A stretch of DNA of 63,630 nucleotides, the filler included, from Vannella sp. (Eukaryota): NCBI GenBank assembly GCA_023345925.1. It is 6 parts of 6 records of this genome, joined end to end, with 100 filler letters (N's around TTAATTAATTAA, not from the genome) between each part and the next. Parts side by side here need not be neighbours in the genome. Positions count along the whole stretch, not along the records: positions 1 to 27,752 come from JAJQQN010000970.1; 5 more parts are not named here. One strand, written 5' to 3'. The notes under the pieces are model-generated. The model did not search any database. It worked only from the letters and a program-made list of their open reading frames with translations, and was not told where the DNA came from. The position numbers and the translations under genes are program-made. How positions within the stretch are numbered: the stretch's first letter is position 1; every line of letters begins with the position of its first letter. Shown here piece by piece: positions 1 through 11,481 of this stretch.

Positions 1-168
1 CTAATGGTCACCTTCACAGAGCACAACTCAGAAGTGTGGAGAGTGCAATGGAACATCACAGGAACCATCCTGGCCTCCAGTGGAGACGACGGCAACGTCC
101 GATTGTACCAATGTGACTTTGTGGACAACTCCTGGAAGTGCATTCGCACCATTGCAGCAGACAAGTGA
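1..168 (+). CDS. SEH1: Nucleoporin/GATOR2 subunit Seh1 (WD40), 3' end only
   Basis: Frame 1 reads [43 protein letters not shown], the Seh1 last-blade signature; TGA at 166-168. Confidence 0.85.
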   Translation, partial: LMVTFTEHNSEVWRVQWNITGTILASSGDDGNVRLYQCDFVDNSWKCIRTIAADK

Positions 169-207
169 GCATGTGCAGCGGATATATTACAAGCGAGTCT
201 CCCCTCC

Positions 208-1205
208 TCAGCTGAGGAAGATTGTCGCCGCGAGGATGATAAAGGCGATCAGTAGAAAGGATCGTGACAGTTGTGCTTGCTGCTGCTGCTCTGGTGTAAG
301 AGGAACTTGGTTACCTCCCAGATCGAGTTGGAAAGGGAACAGGCCCGGCATCACACCGGCAGAGAAGGAGATGTTCGCCCCTCTGACGTTCACGTTTCTG
401 TGATACCCGCCCTCGAAGAAGTTCCCAAAGGGCTGCCGTTGTTGGTTGGTCTCTGTTCGCACGGGAGTAGGCCGAGGAGGGATCACGGGCTCCTCTGGCC
501 TTGTGTTTCTGCGATCGTTAAGAAAGGTGAAGGGAATCCCTGCAGACTACCGACCTGGGATCAACCTTGTCATTCCCCCGTCCGTAGATGGGGATGAGAG
601 TGTCTTTGCTGATGTCAGCCTTGCAGACGGGGCAAGGAGTGGAACTGCGACCAGTGTTCATCCACTAAGGAGGCTCAGACGCGGTTCTTCTCCGGGAGAA
701 GGGTTCTTACCTGATAGATACACTTCCAACAGTAAAGATGACCACAGGATGTAACCACGGGCTGCTCCAAGAGCTCAAAGCAGATGTTGCATTCGAAGGC
801 GTTGTCTTCTTCTTTCTCCTCCTTCCCCTCCTCCTCTGCCTCTTTCTTCTTCTGAGAGTTATCCTCTTTGGTCTCTTTTCTCAGCTCAAGACTCCCTGCC
901 TTGAGGTAGGCTGGAAGCTCCTCCTGTGGCTCGTTGCCTAGTTGGATGCCTGACAGGTATGCAGGGACCTCCTGTGCATCCTCTCTCTTTCCCTCTCTAT
1001 CCCTTGTTGTCTGCCGTTCGAGAATAGGACTCTTCCCGCCTGTAATGTAGTCAGGGAGGCTCTCCACCTCCTCCACACCTCCAACATCTCCCTCGTCCTC
1101 TCCCTCTAAGAACTGTGTTGGGACCAGCTGATAAGGTTCGCTGAGTCCGTCATCCCAGTCATCCGAGGCATACAAAGGAGATCCTCCACTGGAAAGGCTC
1201 GTCAT
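208..1205 (-). CDS. RNF5/RNF185-like membrane-anchored RING E3 ligase (3 exons)
   Basis: [32 protein letters not shown]...[20 protein letters not shown]...IPPRP plus a C-terminal hydrophobic tail; GT-AG introns at 665-710 and 509-554. Confidence 0.88.
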
Positions 1206-1324
1206 CGCCACGTGGCAACGCCAAAATGATGATAATGAGCGAGTGGAGCCTTCCCCACGAGTACAGAGTCAGGCAAAGAGTATGTATGGGAGAACGAGTG
1301 AGAAGAAGGCCACAAAGGGACCCT

Positions 1325-2341
1325 TTAGACGGTTTTGATCTCGTTGATGGCTTTCAGCTTCTGTTGAAGAACGTCTAGCAGTCCCTGATCAGAGTCACTT
1401 AGCTCCTTGCGGTTACGGAGAGCGAAGATGGCCTGTCGGAGCTTGGTCTTCTCCTCGTTCAAGAGAACAACAGCGGCTTCACTGTTGGGCTCAGGTGCCA
1501 GCCCTTGAGAAGCCAACTGCTGGGCTGCTGCCAGCTGTTTCTGGAACTGCCACTCCTGATACATAGAGAACAGACTCTTCCACTTCTGCCTTGGAGGCTG
1601 CTGCTCAAAAGTGGCAGTGCTGGCCGTCCTCATAAAGCCGTAGGAGCCCTTTGAGGCCACTTGGCGAAGCTCTAAGTCTTATGAGTGGTGTTCTAGATAG
1701 TATAGGGTTATCCTACGAGCTGTAGAGGCGCTGAGGTTGTTGTCGCCTCCGCTAAATGCGACCGTGCTTGGCGCGCGGAAGGAGGAGCTGTTCATCCGCT
1801 TACTGATGCCAACATCATCTAAGACGAGACTCTCTACGAAGGTTTGAAGGCCACGCTCTCTGTAAGACGCGAGATTCTCATTCAGGCGGTTAAGTTCCCC
1901 GAGCATGCTCTGCGTGGGAAGGTCAAAAGCAAGATTCATGATACTAAGAGGCTTCTATGAACACTAACCTTAGTTGAGGCAAGCTTCTCAGCAGGTGGGA
2001 TGGACGAATCGAAGCGAATAGTGTACAAACGTTCCATGACACCTTCGATCTCCTCCTCTTTGGCGTGAATCTTGGCGTAGAACTGTTGTCTTTGAACATA
2101 GAAGGTAATCCAGTCAAAGGCCGCACTATGCGACTCAAAGGACTGCTTACCTCTGGTGAAAGGCTTCCTCAGCGGCTTTCTGGACGTCCTCTGGGAAGCA
2201 GGCCCGCAGCTCTGAAAAGGAGCTCACCTTCTCAAGCTTTTGGCGTTCCTCCTTCAAGTAGTTGGACACTGCCTGGGGAGCATCAGAGGCTTCCAAAGTC
2301 TTCTCTTCGACTTGCTCAAACTCAGCAAAGGGGTCGCTCAT
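1325..2341 (-). CDS. Hypothetical helical/coiled-coil protein (4 exons)
   Basis: Three short GT-AG introns join ORFs 2147-2356, an unlisted exon, 1679-1939 and 1325-1660 in frame; no family recognised. Confidence 0.65.
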
Positions 2342-2446
2342 CAGGTCCTCAAACAATGATTATAAAACAATCTTTTGAACTGCAGGTATGGGAACTGGTG
2401 GAGAGGGAAATCTCTATTTTTGGTCATTTCGCATTTCCCTCCTCGG

Positions 2447-3897
2447 ATGGACCTCTCTGGAGGTTGGAAGGAGGAAGTTGGTGTTTTGTCTTCGGATTTG
2501 TACGAGGAGGAAGAACAGGATGGTTGGGAGATTACAACGGAGGTGGAGGGTACTGTTAAGTCGTTGGACCGGTCTAACTCTCATTGGACGATACTCCCGG
2601 TGGAGATCTACCATAACGCGGCTTTGACTTGCTTGAACCTGTCGCACAATCAGCTGCTTACCATCCCAGAAGATATCGTGTCCCTTTCCTTGCTACAAGA
2701 GCTTGACCTCTCATACAACCGGTTGTATGGGGGAAGTGTGTGTTTGTCTCTTCCACGCATTCAAGTCCTCCGTCTCTCTTATAACTCACTCAAGGTGACT
2801 CCCCCACGTCTGACAACATTAACACATCTTCGAGTCCTTCATTTGGATCACACAGAGCTTTGTGAGCTCCCCAAGGGCATGGGGAGCCTTCGCTCATTGG
2901 AGGTGTTGCACCTCGAGCACAACTTCCTTAAGGCCCTCGTCCCTGATGTGTACCACTTGGACAACCTCAAGGAGCTTTATGTGTGCAACAACCAGATTGA
3001 AGCGCTGCATCACATCGTCTTCCCCCCTAACCTCCAGCACTTGGACCTTGGGGACAATGCATTGTCGTTCGTCCATCCCTCTCAGTTCAGTGTCTGCAGC
3101 GAGCTCAAGTTCCTTCGATTGAGTGCGAACCGAATATGCTTCTTGGATGAGGAGATGTTCCTGAATCAGCTCCACACTCTGGAAGTTCTTCATCTTGCAG
3201 GGAACAACATTCGAGAGATTCCCTTCTCTATTGGCGCTCTTCCTCGCCTTCACATCCTCAACTTAGGTAGCAACTCAATGACTGAACTTCCTGTTTCCTT
3301 TGGGCACTTGGTAGAGCTTCGTTCGTTGTACCTTTGTTCCAATTATCTGCTTTATCTTCCTCGTTCTATCGGGAACCTGCGCGCTCTTGAGTACATTGAT
3401 GTATCATGTGAGTCATGAATTGGTCTTCCAATGTTGCATTTCTCATTACTTGATGGATAGATAACCAGTTAACGTTCCTCCCTCCGACTATTTGCCATCT
3501 CATGCATCTTCAGCAACTCAATTTGTCGTACAATCGTCTCCAATCGTTGCCCATTCAGATAGCAAGTCTTGTGGAACTATTTGCTCTGGACCTAAGTGGT
3601 AACGAAGAGATAACTTCTCCTCCTTTGGAGATCTGCGAAGCGGGACTGCAAGCTGTTCGAGAGTATCTGACAGAGATTCCAGCTTCTCTTGAAGATCTTC
3701 AAGAAGGATGGGAAATTGTGGAGCCAAGCAGCGAGGACATTCAGACTGAGTTTGGGCTGACTTCATCTGATGTCACTCCCTTTCGCTTTAAGACTTACTC
3801 TGAAGAGTTCCCTCCCCAACCAGAGGTCCCACTCGAGGCTCCGGCCGGGTGGATTTCTTCCACTTTTCACTATCTCAGTCGTTCAATATGGGGATAA
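2447..3897 (+). CDS. Leucine-rich repeat protein (2 exons)
   Basis: Many LxxLxLxxNxL repeats; a GTGAGT...GATAG intron near 3408-3460 joins ORFs 2375-3418 and 3502-3897. Confidence 0.88.
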
Positions 3898-4141
3898 GAA
3901 TATATCTTCCCATTCGTCAAGAACAAGAACTCATTTGAAGGAATGGTTTCTCTCTGACATTCCTAGTAAGAGGAGAAACTGTCTTCTGCTCAAGAGCAGC
4001 TGACTTGAACTGAAACTGTGACTTGTCACTTCAAACATTGGGTCAGGTGAGTGGGAGACAACATAGGAGAGTGGAACTTAAAAGTTAGGAGACTTATCCC
4101 AGGAGGGCGAGATCCTGGAACAACTTCTCAAGTGAGGTTTA

Positions 4142-5909
4142 CTATTCAGCCGGAGTGAGACACAAAAGCTGCAGCTCATTCGCAGCGACGCGGATCTTCT
4201 CATTTGAGCTGGAAAGGAAAGGTGCCAGGTTGAGATCTAGTGCCAAACTCATGTCAATCGTCTCTTGGTTGCGATAGAGCAATCGACCAAGAGTCATCAG
4301 GAGGGTCATAACAATATCTTCGCCAGCATCTTTCAAACAATGAGTCACAGCACTGAGTAACTGCAATTGAACATCTCCATTGCCTTGGCACTGCAAAGCA
4401 GCATTAAAAGCGATAGTAGCCGCAGTCTAAATGTCCCTATGAGCATAACCTTGATAGAGAGGGATTCACTCACATTCTTGAACTGCTTCACGGAAGATTC
4501 GAAACCCAACATGACCATATCCATGAGTCCATCGATTCGGTTCGGAGCGACGAAAGTGGGGCCCACTTTCTCCGATGCGCATAAGTTGCAGATAACTCGA
4601 GCTCCCAGCCACTGCCCAGCTTCTGATGGTGCCTTTTGGCAAAGGACAAGATCAGCGACTATCCTGTCCACTAATGGGAGTCCTATCGCAAGAAGGAATC
4701 CGTCAGCTTTGATTCACACCGTTAATTACTTACCAAGGCCGCTGTAGTAATCCGCTGCAGTGGGATGAAGTACCAACAGTCGCAAGATATCCATTAGAGG
4801 GAATCTACTGACAGGAGGCAAAACCCCGTAAATGGATTCTAGTGCTGCATAAGCAATGCATTGTGAGGAGAAACCAAATGACTTACCAATCAGTTTGAAA
4901 GTTCCTGCCGGAATCCGAAAGTTTGGTGTTCCTGGCTGCTTCTCCAGCCCGTTCTGCAACTCTTGAAGAATAGGCCTGTTCTCAGCAGTGATCAGACTGG
5001 GGTCGGCTGCTTGAACCAGTTGAATGAGCTTCAGGAAGATCTTGGGGATGCTTGAAGAGGTCGAGTAAAGGGTTGCTTGGCGCGTTCGTACAGGGAGGAC
5101 AGTGAAGGAGAGAGAAGCATGTCCCTTTGGCAATGGTGCTTGAATCTGAGAGGGTGGAGCTACAGGAGCTTGGCTCGAGGGGGGTTGGCCAAACATTCCA
5201 GATGGCCCCATTCCCGGACCAGCAAGTGGATTGGATGCCTGAGGGGGAGGTAAGCCGTGCTTTGAGAGAAGTGAACTCAACCTACTAAGGAGGAAGGGTC
5301 CAGCATGCCTCCTTGAGTGAACTGGCGGATCATTGGCATCAACATTGTGCCCATTGGGCTGCGGGCGAACTGTTGAGGGAGGTCCAGGATATCTGATTCA
5401 GCCTGTTAACCTGGGTCACCCAAGACAATCAGATCAGACTCACAGGAGGGGATAGGCTGGCCCGTGAGAAAGAGACTCGCTTCATTGGAGAAGTGATTGC
5501 AGTTGTGATCGAAGATGTCGTATGTGGCCATCGTATAGCCTGCCCCAACCTCTTCAAGGAAGCCTTGGAAGACATCCTCTGGAATCTCTGTAGAACCCAA
5601 CCTGTCTTGGGTCAGATGATCCATTTGAAGGGTCCCTGTTGTCATTACTCGACAGTTCTTGAAGGCTGACCATAGGGAGTATCTCCTGGATGCCCATTGA
5701 CGAGACCACCGCCATAGTAGAACTCTTTCCCGTACACAACGACCCCCGTGTGCCTACTCTCCGCTCAGTCCCTTGTCCTTCTTGGAGCGGCCCTCTTCCA
5801 CAGAGAATACTTACCAGATCCCTTCAAATCCAGGTATAACTTGATAGAGCATGTTACGCATCTCCCCAAAGCCCGCAGACAAGTCATAAACGTTCAGCTT
5901 CACTTGCAT
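4142..5909 (-). CDS. PPPDE/DeSI isopeptidase fused to a C-terminal PUL-like domain (7 exons)
   Basis: MQVKLNVYDLS...GIW|HTGVVVYGKEFYYGGG...YDIFDHNCNHFSNE carries the catalytic His and Cys; the C-terminal RFPLMDILRLLVLHP...LLMTLGRLL helical region resembles PUL. Confidence 0.85.
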
Positions 5910-6116
5910 GATCGCTCACCAGGAAATGGATCAAACATTTGATACTTCAACAGCCAGCTTCATTTTTTGGTGATCAAAAAAAAAACTGATCGAACATTTC
6001 CCCTTTTCCTTTTATGGAAAAAGTGTTGTGCACCGGATTTTTTCAAACCAGAGAAAGGGTTCATTTTGTCCCCGTGTAAATGTGCGGGGAATGATAAACT
6101 TGATTATTTTTTGCAA

Positions 6117-6467
6117 ATGGCTCCGGTGCGGAAGACAACTGGCTCTTTGTTGACATTGTAGGGCATGTGGGAGGGCAGGGAGGTGCGTTTGTTGATAAGG
6201 GAGGGCTAGATCGCCTTCTTTGATGGCATTCGTGACGACCTTGCATGAGACAAAAGAGGTCGAGTGCATCATCCGCCACCTGGACGACGCACATTTGCTG
6301 GTTGACCCTGAGAAGGTTCCTCTGTTGATCCGAAAGGTCAGAGAGCTCCAGAGCCGAGAGCCAGTAAGCTACCCTCCGTTCCTGGCCACCTTCTCACATT
6401 TCCCGTCTTTCAACAGAGGAAGAGTGTCGGAAAAGCCCGAGCGAACGCGAACTACGATGATGACTAA
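6117..6467 (+). CDS. TFB5: TFIIH subunit Tfb5/GTF2H5 (3 exons)
   Basis: Spliced MAPVRKTTGSLLTL|SPSLMAFVTTLHETKEVECIIRHLDDAHLLVDPEKVPLLIRKV matches the Tfb5 pattern G.L..C...IIxDLDDxHLxV. The last exon is less certain. Confidence 0.75.
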
Positions 6468-6539
6468 GGAGAGGAGGAGCAAGGGAAGAGATACAGGTAC
6501 AGGAGGGACATTTAGGGGGCTGATAAACGAAGAAGAAGC

Positions 6540-7262
6540 TTACGGAGTCGTCCCGTAGTCATAAGGGGCCTCCTGGATTGTACTCTGATACTGCTGATTC
6601 GATTTGTTGGCGTAGTCAGAGATGTAGCAAACGATAGAAGCAAAGAGAACGACCAGATCGATCAAAAGGAGCCACCAACCAAACCCGAGATGCAGATTCT
6701 TGCCTGTTTGCTCCTCCCACACTTTGGCATCAGCAATGTAGGGGTACCAAACACAGCTCATGATACAACATGCCCAACAGAAGGCAAGGAGAGTCAGAGC
6801 AGCCTTTCCCGTGAAGGATTCGCGCACACAAGCGGGTTTGACTCCTAAGAGGCGCATGATAGTCAAGGGGAACACAAAGATAGATGACGATAGTGCGAAT
6901 ATAAGGAACGACGATGTCATCTCGCCAGAGACATCAAAGTTGAAGCAGTAGAGGTCCTCTCCATTCGGCCCACTTGATCCACAACCCGCTCGCCACACTT
7001 CATGCCAAGCCTTGTTCTCGCACTGCACCTCACACACAAGTGGCTTCTGTTCACAATGGTGGTAACGCCAAAGAGTAATGTCCAGCCGCTTCTGTAAGGT
7101 AACTTCCCCGTCCATGTACCCATCACTGCACTGGTCCTCGCTACGGGACGTGTACCATGGCACCGGCAGAACACATATGAAGATGATAACCCATGCTACA
7201 GCAAACAAGGCTAATCCCAGCAACAAGCGCCTCTCCTGAACCACCCAAGGAGGAAGGGCCAT
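6540..7262 (-). CDS. Claudin/PMP22-like four-TM membrane protein
   Basis: Single-exon 240 aa ORF with four hydrophobic segments; first loop has PWY...TLWRYHHC and paired Cys; GFGWWL precedes TM4. Confidence 0.7.
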   Translation of the reverse strand: MALPPWVVQERRLLLGLALFAVAWVIIFICVLPVPWYTSRSEDQCSDGYMDGEVTLQKRLDITLWRYHHCEQKPLVCEVQCENKAWHEVWRAGCGSSGPNGEDLYCFNFDVSGEMTSSFLIFALSSSIFVFPLTIMRLLGVKPACVRESFTGKAALTLLAFCWACCIMSCVWYPYIADAKVWEEQTGKNLHLGFGWWLLLIDLVVLFASIVCYISDYANKSNQQYQSTIQEAPYDYGTTP

Positions 7263-7357
7263 AAGCTGAATGGCATTTTCCAGGTAATCGGATTATTGCC
7301 TTTGGGCCTTCTAAACAATTAGTTGGGGATGAAACTATTAATTGTAAGCTGGTTGGG

Positions 7358-8768
7358 ATGGCACATGGCCATGCGGACTCTTTGGGTGCTGGAGGGAGCT
7401 CTCCAAGCTTGGAGATGGATTTGATGGAAGCGTTTGCATCCCCGTTCCTTTGTAGTAATCCGGGTGCAGGTTTTCCATCGTATTCCTCTTCCTACACAGC
7501 TCCTCCTCCTCCAAGTATCACCTCTCCTCGCAAGCCGAAGAGGGGATCAGGGCGACAGTCTCGACAGACTTTTCACTTTGTTGATCAAACTCCTGATGTT
7601 TCTGGCTCGTTACGGAGTCCTCCAATTGAAGGCGAAGCTGCTCCTCCGAGAAAGGAGGCTGCTTCTCGTCTTGAAGGTGAGTTTTGCGTGATTACGGGTC
7701 CCAATGAGGTGCCAACATACCTTTAGAACTAGAAAAAGAGCTCCTGTACAAGGAGAACGAGTGTGACTCGCTCCGGCAGAGTATTGCAGAGAGGGATACC
7801 CAATTACAAGTGCTTCAGCAGCAGATCCACGAGCTCATGGCAACAGGCCAAACACACTTCAACTACGGCTATCTCCCTGTTCAACCGCAGGGGTACTACC
7901 CCATCCAGACCACCACTAGGAACTACATCGTCGTGCCTTCGCCCAATCCCGGCACACAGTTCGCATTTCAAGGGCAGGAAGCCTTTAAGAAGAAGATTGA
8001 CTACTCAAAGATACAACTCCGCAAGACAGAGTCCTCTCTTGATGAGGAGAAGAAAGAAGTTCTCAGTTCGCAAGAGGAATGGGCCATTCGGCAGGCCCAG
8101 CAACAGTTCCTTCGGAAGCTGCAGCAACAAGAAGAATGGGAAGCTTATCAGTACCAACAAGCACCCAATAGACAACCGAATCCCCCTCCGATGCTATACG
8201 GGGGAGCTCCGAGCAACATCTACCCAGATACGCAGAACAAAGTGGGGAACCTGCCAGTGTCAGCCTTCACCACGAAAGTGGATTTATCCAACATGCGACA
8301 GAGGCTGGGAAAGCGGCGTAAGGATGACTTCCCGTTAAGTGGTACCAAGTCAGTAACTCACTTTTTCCAGCGACCAGCGAGCGGAGCCTTGAACGCATGA
8401 TAAGCGAGTCCCAAAGGGAGGAGCTTGCTAGGATGGTTCAAGCCCGAGTGGAGCTTCAGGAACAGAAAAAGTTCCAACAGCAACAACATCAGCAGGCTAT
8501 GTGGGAACTTCAGATGTTCCACCAACAACAACTCTTAAAGCAGCAGCAAGTGCATCAGCAACAGGCTCAGTCATGGCATTCTCAGTCCAACTCCCCGATG
8601 AGTGTCACTAGCCCGGCAGATGTGGACATGGGAAATGGAAGCCCTTGGTCAACCTTAAGCTCCGACTCCATGTCACCAGACGCATTAGGACTGGGAGTTT
8701 TCCAATTATCTCCAGCTGCCCCAACTGCGACTGATAAATCTCCAACGCGCTCTTCCTCGACGCGATAA
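7358..8768 (+). CDS. Hypothetical Q-rich coiled-coil protein (at least 3 exons)
   Basis: Introns at ~7677-7726 and ~8318-8370 join ORFs 7358, 7810 and 8397 in frame. The 3' end is uncertain because a TACTAAC...CAG acceptor lies at ~8827. Confidence 0.65.
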
Positions 8769-9698
8769 CCACACGCGACTCTGTTGTTTGATTTTTCCCT
8801 CTCTTTACTGGCTACTAACTGTGGCAGGATCAAGAGACGGCTAAAAGGTTGTACAATGGTCTTCACAGCGCCCAGCGAGAGAGAAGCGTCCTGGTCTTTC
8901 AAAGCTTCCAAGGAAACTTGTGGATAATCGCCAAGCTCACCAAACATCCGCCCAGTTCAGGGAACGCAATCAGAACAGTAAGATCCCATTCCAGATGATC
9001 ATGCGGAGGACTGGACTTGTGCGGCCCCCACCCCATTCAGATTCGCACGTTTTGGGCGTTCATCGAAGTGAATAAGACACTTTTCGTTACAAAATACTCT
9101 TTTTTTGCAGTCCAGTTACTATTTCTTGCATAGATTCCATCTATCTGAGAATTCAATAAGTACTTTACTTATAAATGACGTGATCAAGGAGAGAAAATGG
9201 CATTTAAATGAGAAAAGGAGTGAAAAGCAGCATTTCGAGGAACAGAAGGAAGGGAGGAAAGGGGGGAATGGACACTCCTTTGCTCACCAAAGGCCCTCAC
9301 CAAGCACTTCAAGAAGCTCGTTAAGGCCTTTCAAGCAGAGCACTTCTCTGTCTCCTCACTGAAGGCCTCTGCCAAGCAGACAGATCTGGGGAACGTTCCC
9401 TTTGGAACCCTTTCAGACAGCTGCTTAAGGACTTACTCTGGATTGGCAGGCCGGAGCAGGATGAGGTCTTCATTCAAGATGTGATGATGCTCCCTCCTAA
9501 CACAGAGATCCGCTCTTGCACCTGCAACGAACTAACCATCTCGGAAAGTGAAACAGTCACTCTTTCCAACGTTCGCCTGATGAGTGGAAAGGAAGGGCGT
9601 GCAAAAGCAAAGGTGCTTGCTTCAGGGTAAGTCTGTGCTTGTAAACAACAACCGCTCGTGCAAGTAACACCTGGTTTGCCAGAGCACATTGCGGACAA

Positions 9699-10514
9699 TT
9701 GAAAAGTTGCCTTTACCTCCGAGAGATAAGTTCCCCCAAAAGTTCGGTGAATTTCCTGATGTCCACGAGTTCAGAGGTATCACCAGAGCTCGCCGCCTTC
9801 TTTACAACTATGAGCGAAGGGTTCAACAGTATTGTAACTGCCTTCGAGGAGGAGTCGAGAAAACGCTCCCAGGAGTTTAAACTCCTCCGTAAATCCTTGA
9901 AAGACCTTTCAGAGCTTTGCGATGGGAACTTCCGAAGCATCTCCTGCCAATTGGGGAATCTGATGGAACCCCATGTCCCTCAATTTGTGGCTTCGCGCTA
10001 CCCCCAGATCCCTCGCTTCGGTGAGAGTGTGACAGTTTCATGCCCGAAAACCCTCCTGGACTTGGTGTTCGATCTTTCTCGGAACCCTGATACTGAGAAC
10101 TTTCTCGCCAAGTTGATGGAAACACCCAAGGGAGACCAAGCTGACTTGACGGATTTAGCGCCAATGCTCGGAATAGTTGATTGGTGGAGCCACTCGTTGC
10201 AGGTGGATCTCTTTGGCAATCGCTCCTGGAGCTTGTCAGGAAAGACATTCTACGTCGATCTAGGAGAAATCAAGAATCTTCCATTGAATCCCGACAGCCA
10301 GATCAGCGGAGCTGAACATCTAGAGGAGCTGTTCTTCCTAATTGGCGCCGTGTACGTCTTTTTTTACCCCTTATGCCATCAAGTTGTGTGCAGCGGCACC
10401 ATCTGGGTCCCTAGTGGATATCCGGTGATATTTGAGCAAGAGCAGGAGTCCTTGTGGGACTGGACCGAGCAGCGACCTCGCCCTACCATTAACGTTTCTA
10501 TCGCTCTCGACTAA
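9699..10514 (+). CDS. Hypothetical protein (last exon; upstream exons probably from ~9270)
   Basis: 271-codon open frame; an upstream open stretch ends in a GTAAGT donor at ~9627. No family recognised. Confidence 0.5.
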   Translation: MKSCLYLREISSPKSSVNFLMSTSSEVSPELAAFFTTMSEGFNSIVTAFEEESRKRSQEFKLLRKSLKDLSELCDGNFRSISCQLGNLMEPHVPQFVASRYPQIPRFGESVTVSCPKTLLDLVFDLSRNPDTENFLAKLMETPKGDQADLTDLAPMLGIVDWWSHSLQVDLFGNRSWSLSGKTFYVDLGEIKNLPLNPDSQISGAEHLEELFFLIGAVYVFFYPLCHQVVCSGTIWVPSGYPVIFEQEQESLWDWTEQRPRPTINVSIALD

Positions 10515-11481
10515 CGCGCAACCATGCTTGACCGATCAACTTTTCTTCATCCTAAACCTGACTTGACCACACAACTTACCAGCAACCATGCCTGACCTCA
10601 TAAAGGGCATAGGAAATGAGCCTCCTTTCTGCTTTTCCTTAAGAAAAAGAGAGATAGCGTCTCAGTGAGAACCTCTCAACCAAGGTTGAGGAGATTGGAT
10701 GATTAACCGATGGATATGTTTTAATTCGAAGAACACTGACAACCTGCGCTCTCCTATCTGTCAGACTCTTCACTGTTGAGATAGAGGCAGAAAGATGCCC
10801 CAAAAAAATTGTGGGATTCCCCAGATGTTCTCAGATTTTTCCGCGCGTTCAATGGGAGGGATGCAGTTCCACAGGACATCCGCTTGGTGTCAAAGCGACT
10901 TAATGTATGTCCACTTGGGTTGCCTAAGGAGAAAATCCACGAGCGAAGGGGAACGAGTTTACGTTGAGTGTCCTTATGCGATGATCAAGTCAAAGAAGAA
11001 TGACGGTAACCTGAAGTTCTTCAATCACAATGTTGTCTGAAGGAACACGTCATTATGTCGTTTCAAAGGGTTCTTTGGGCATACTAACAGACCTACTCTT
11101 TCGGATGGCATCCAAACAGAAATGCGTTCTAACCTTGCTTTGACCCTTCCTTTAGTGCAGGGTAGACAATTGACCTTCTGAAGTCGTAAGGTTCGACCAT
11201 TCCGAGGAACAAAGTGCATTAACTACCTCGGAATGATCCAAAGGGCAAAAGTGAGAAGGACTGCCCCACTATGGGAGAGATTCAGCATCCTTATCAACAA
11301 GCCATTTGGCCATTTGTGGATTAACAACTCCAGGAGGGTCCATTCTGCCTCTTCGAGTGTCCTTCCTCAAGATGCAACAAGACCCTTCTTCAAGCCCTTT
11401 GATTGATCAATCAACAAGGGTACAAGAAGAGGAATTGTCCGTATTGAAAGGTGTCATGACCGCTAATTCTCATTATTTTCC

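Noticed and set aside
10795..11040. RING-CH-like YVHLGCL motif
   Set aside because: The other metal ligands are missing, so the match is likely chance.
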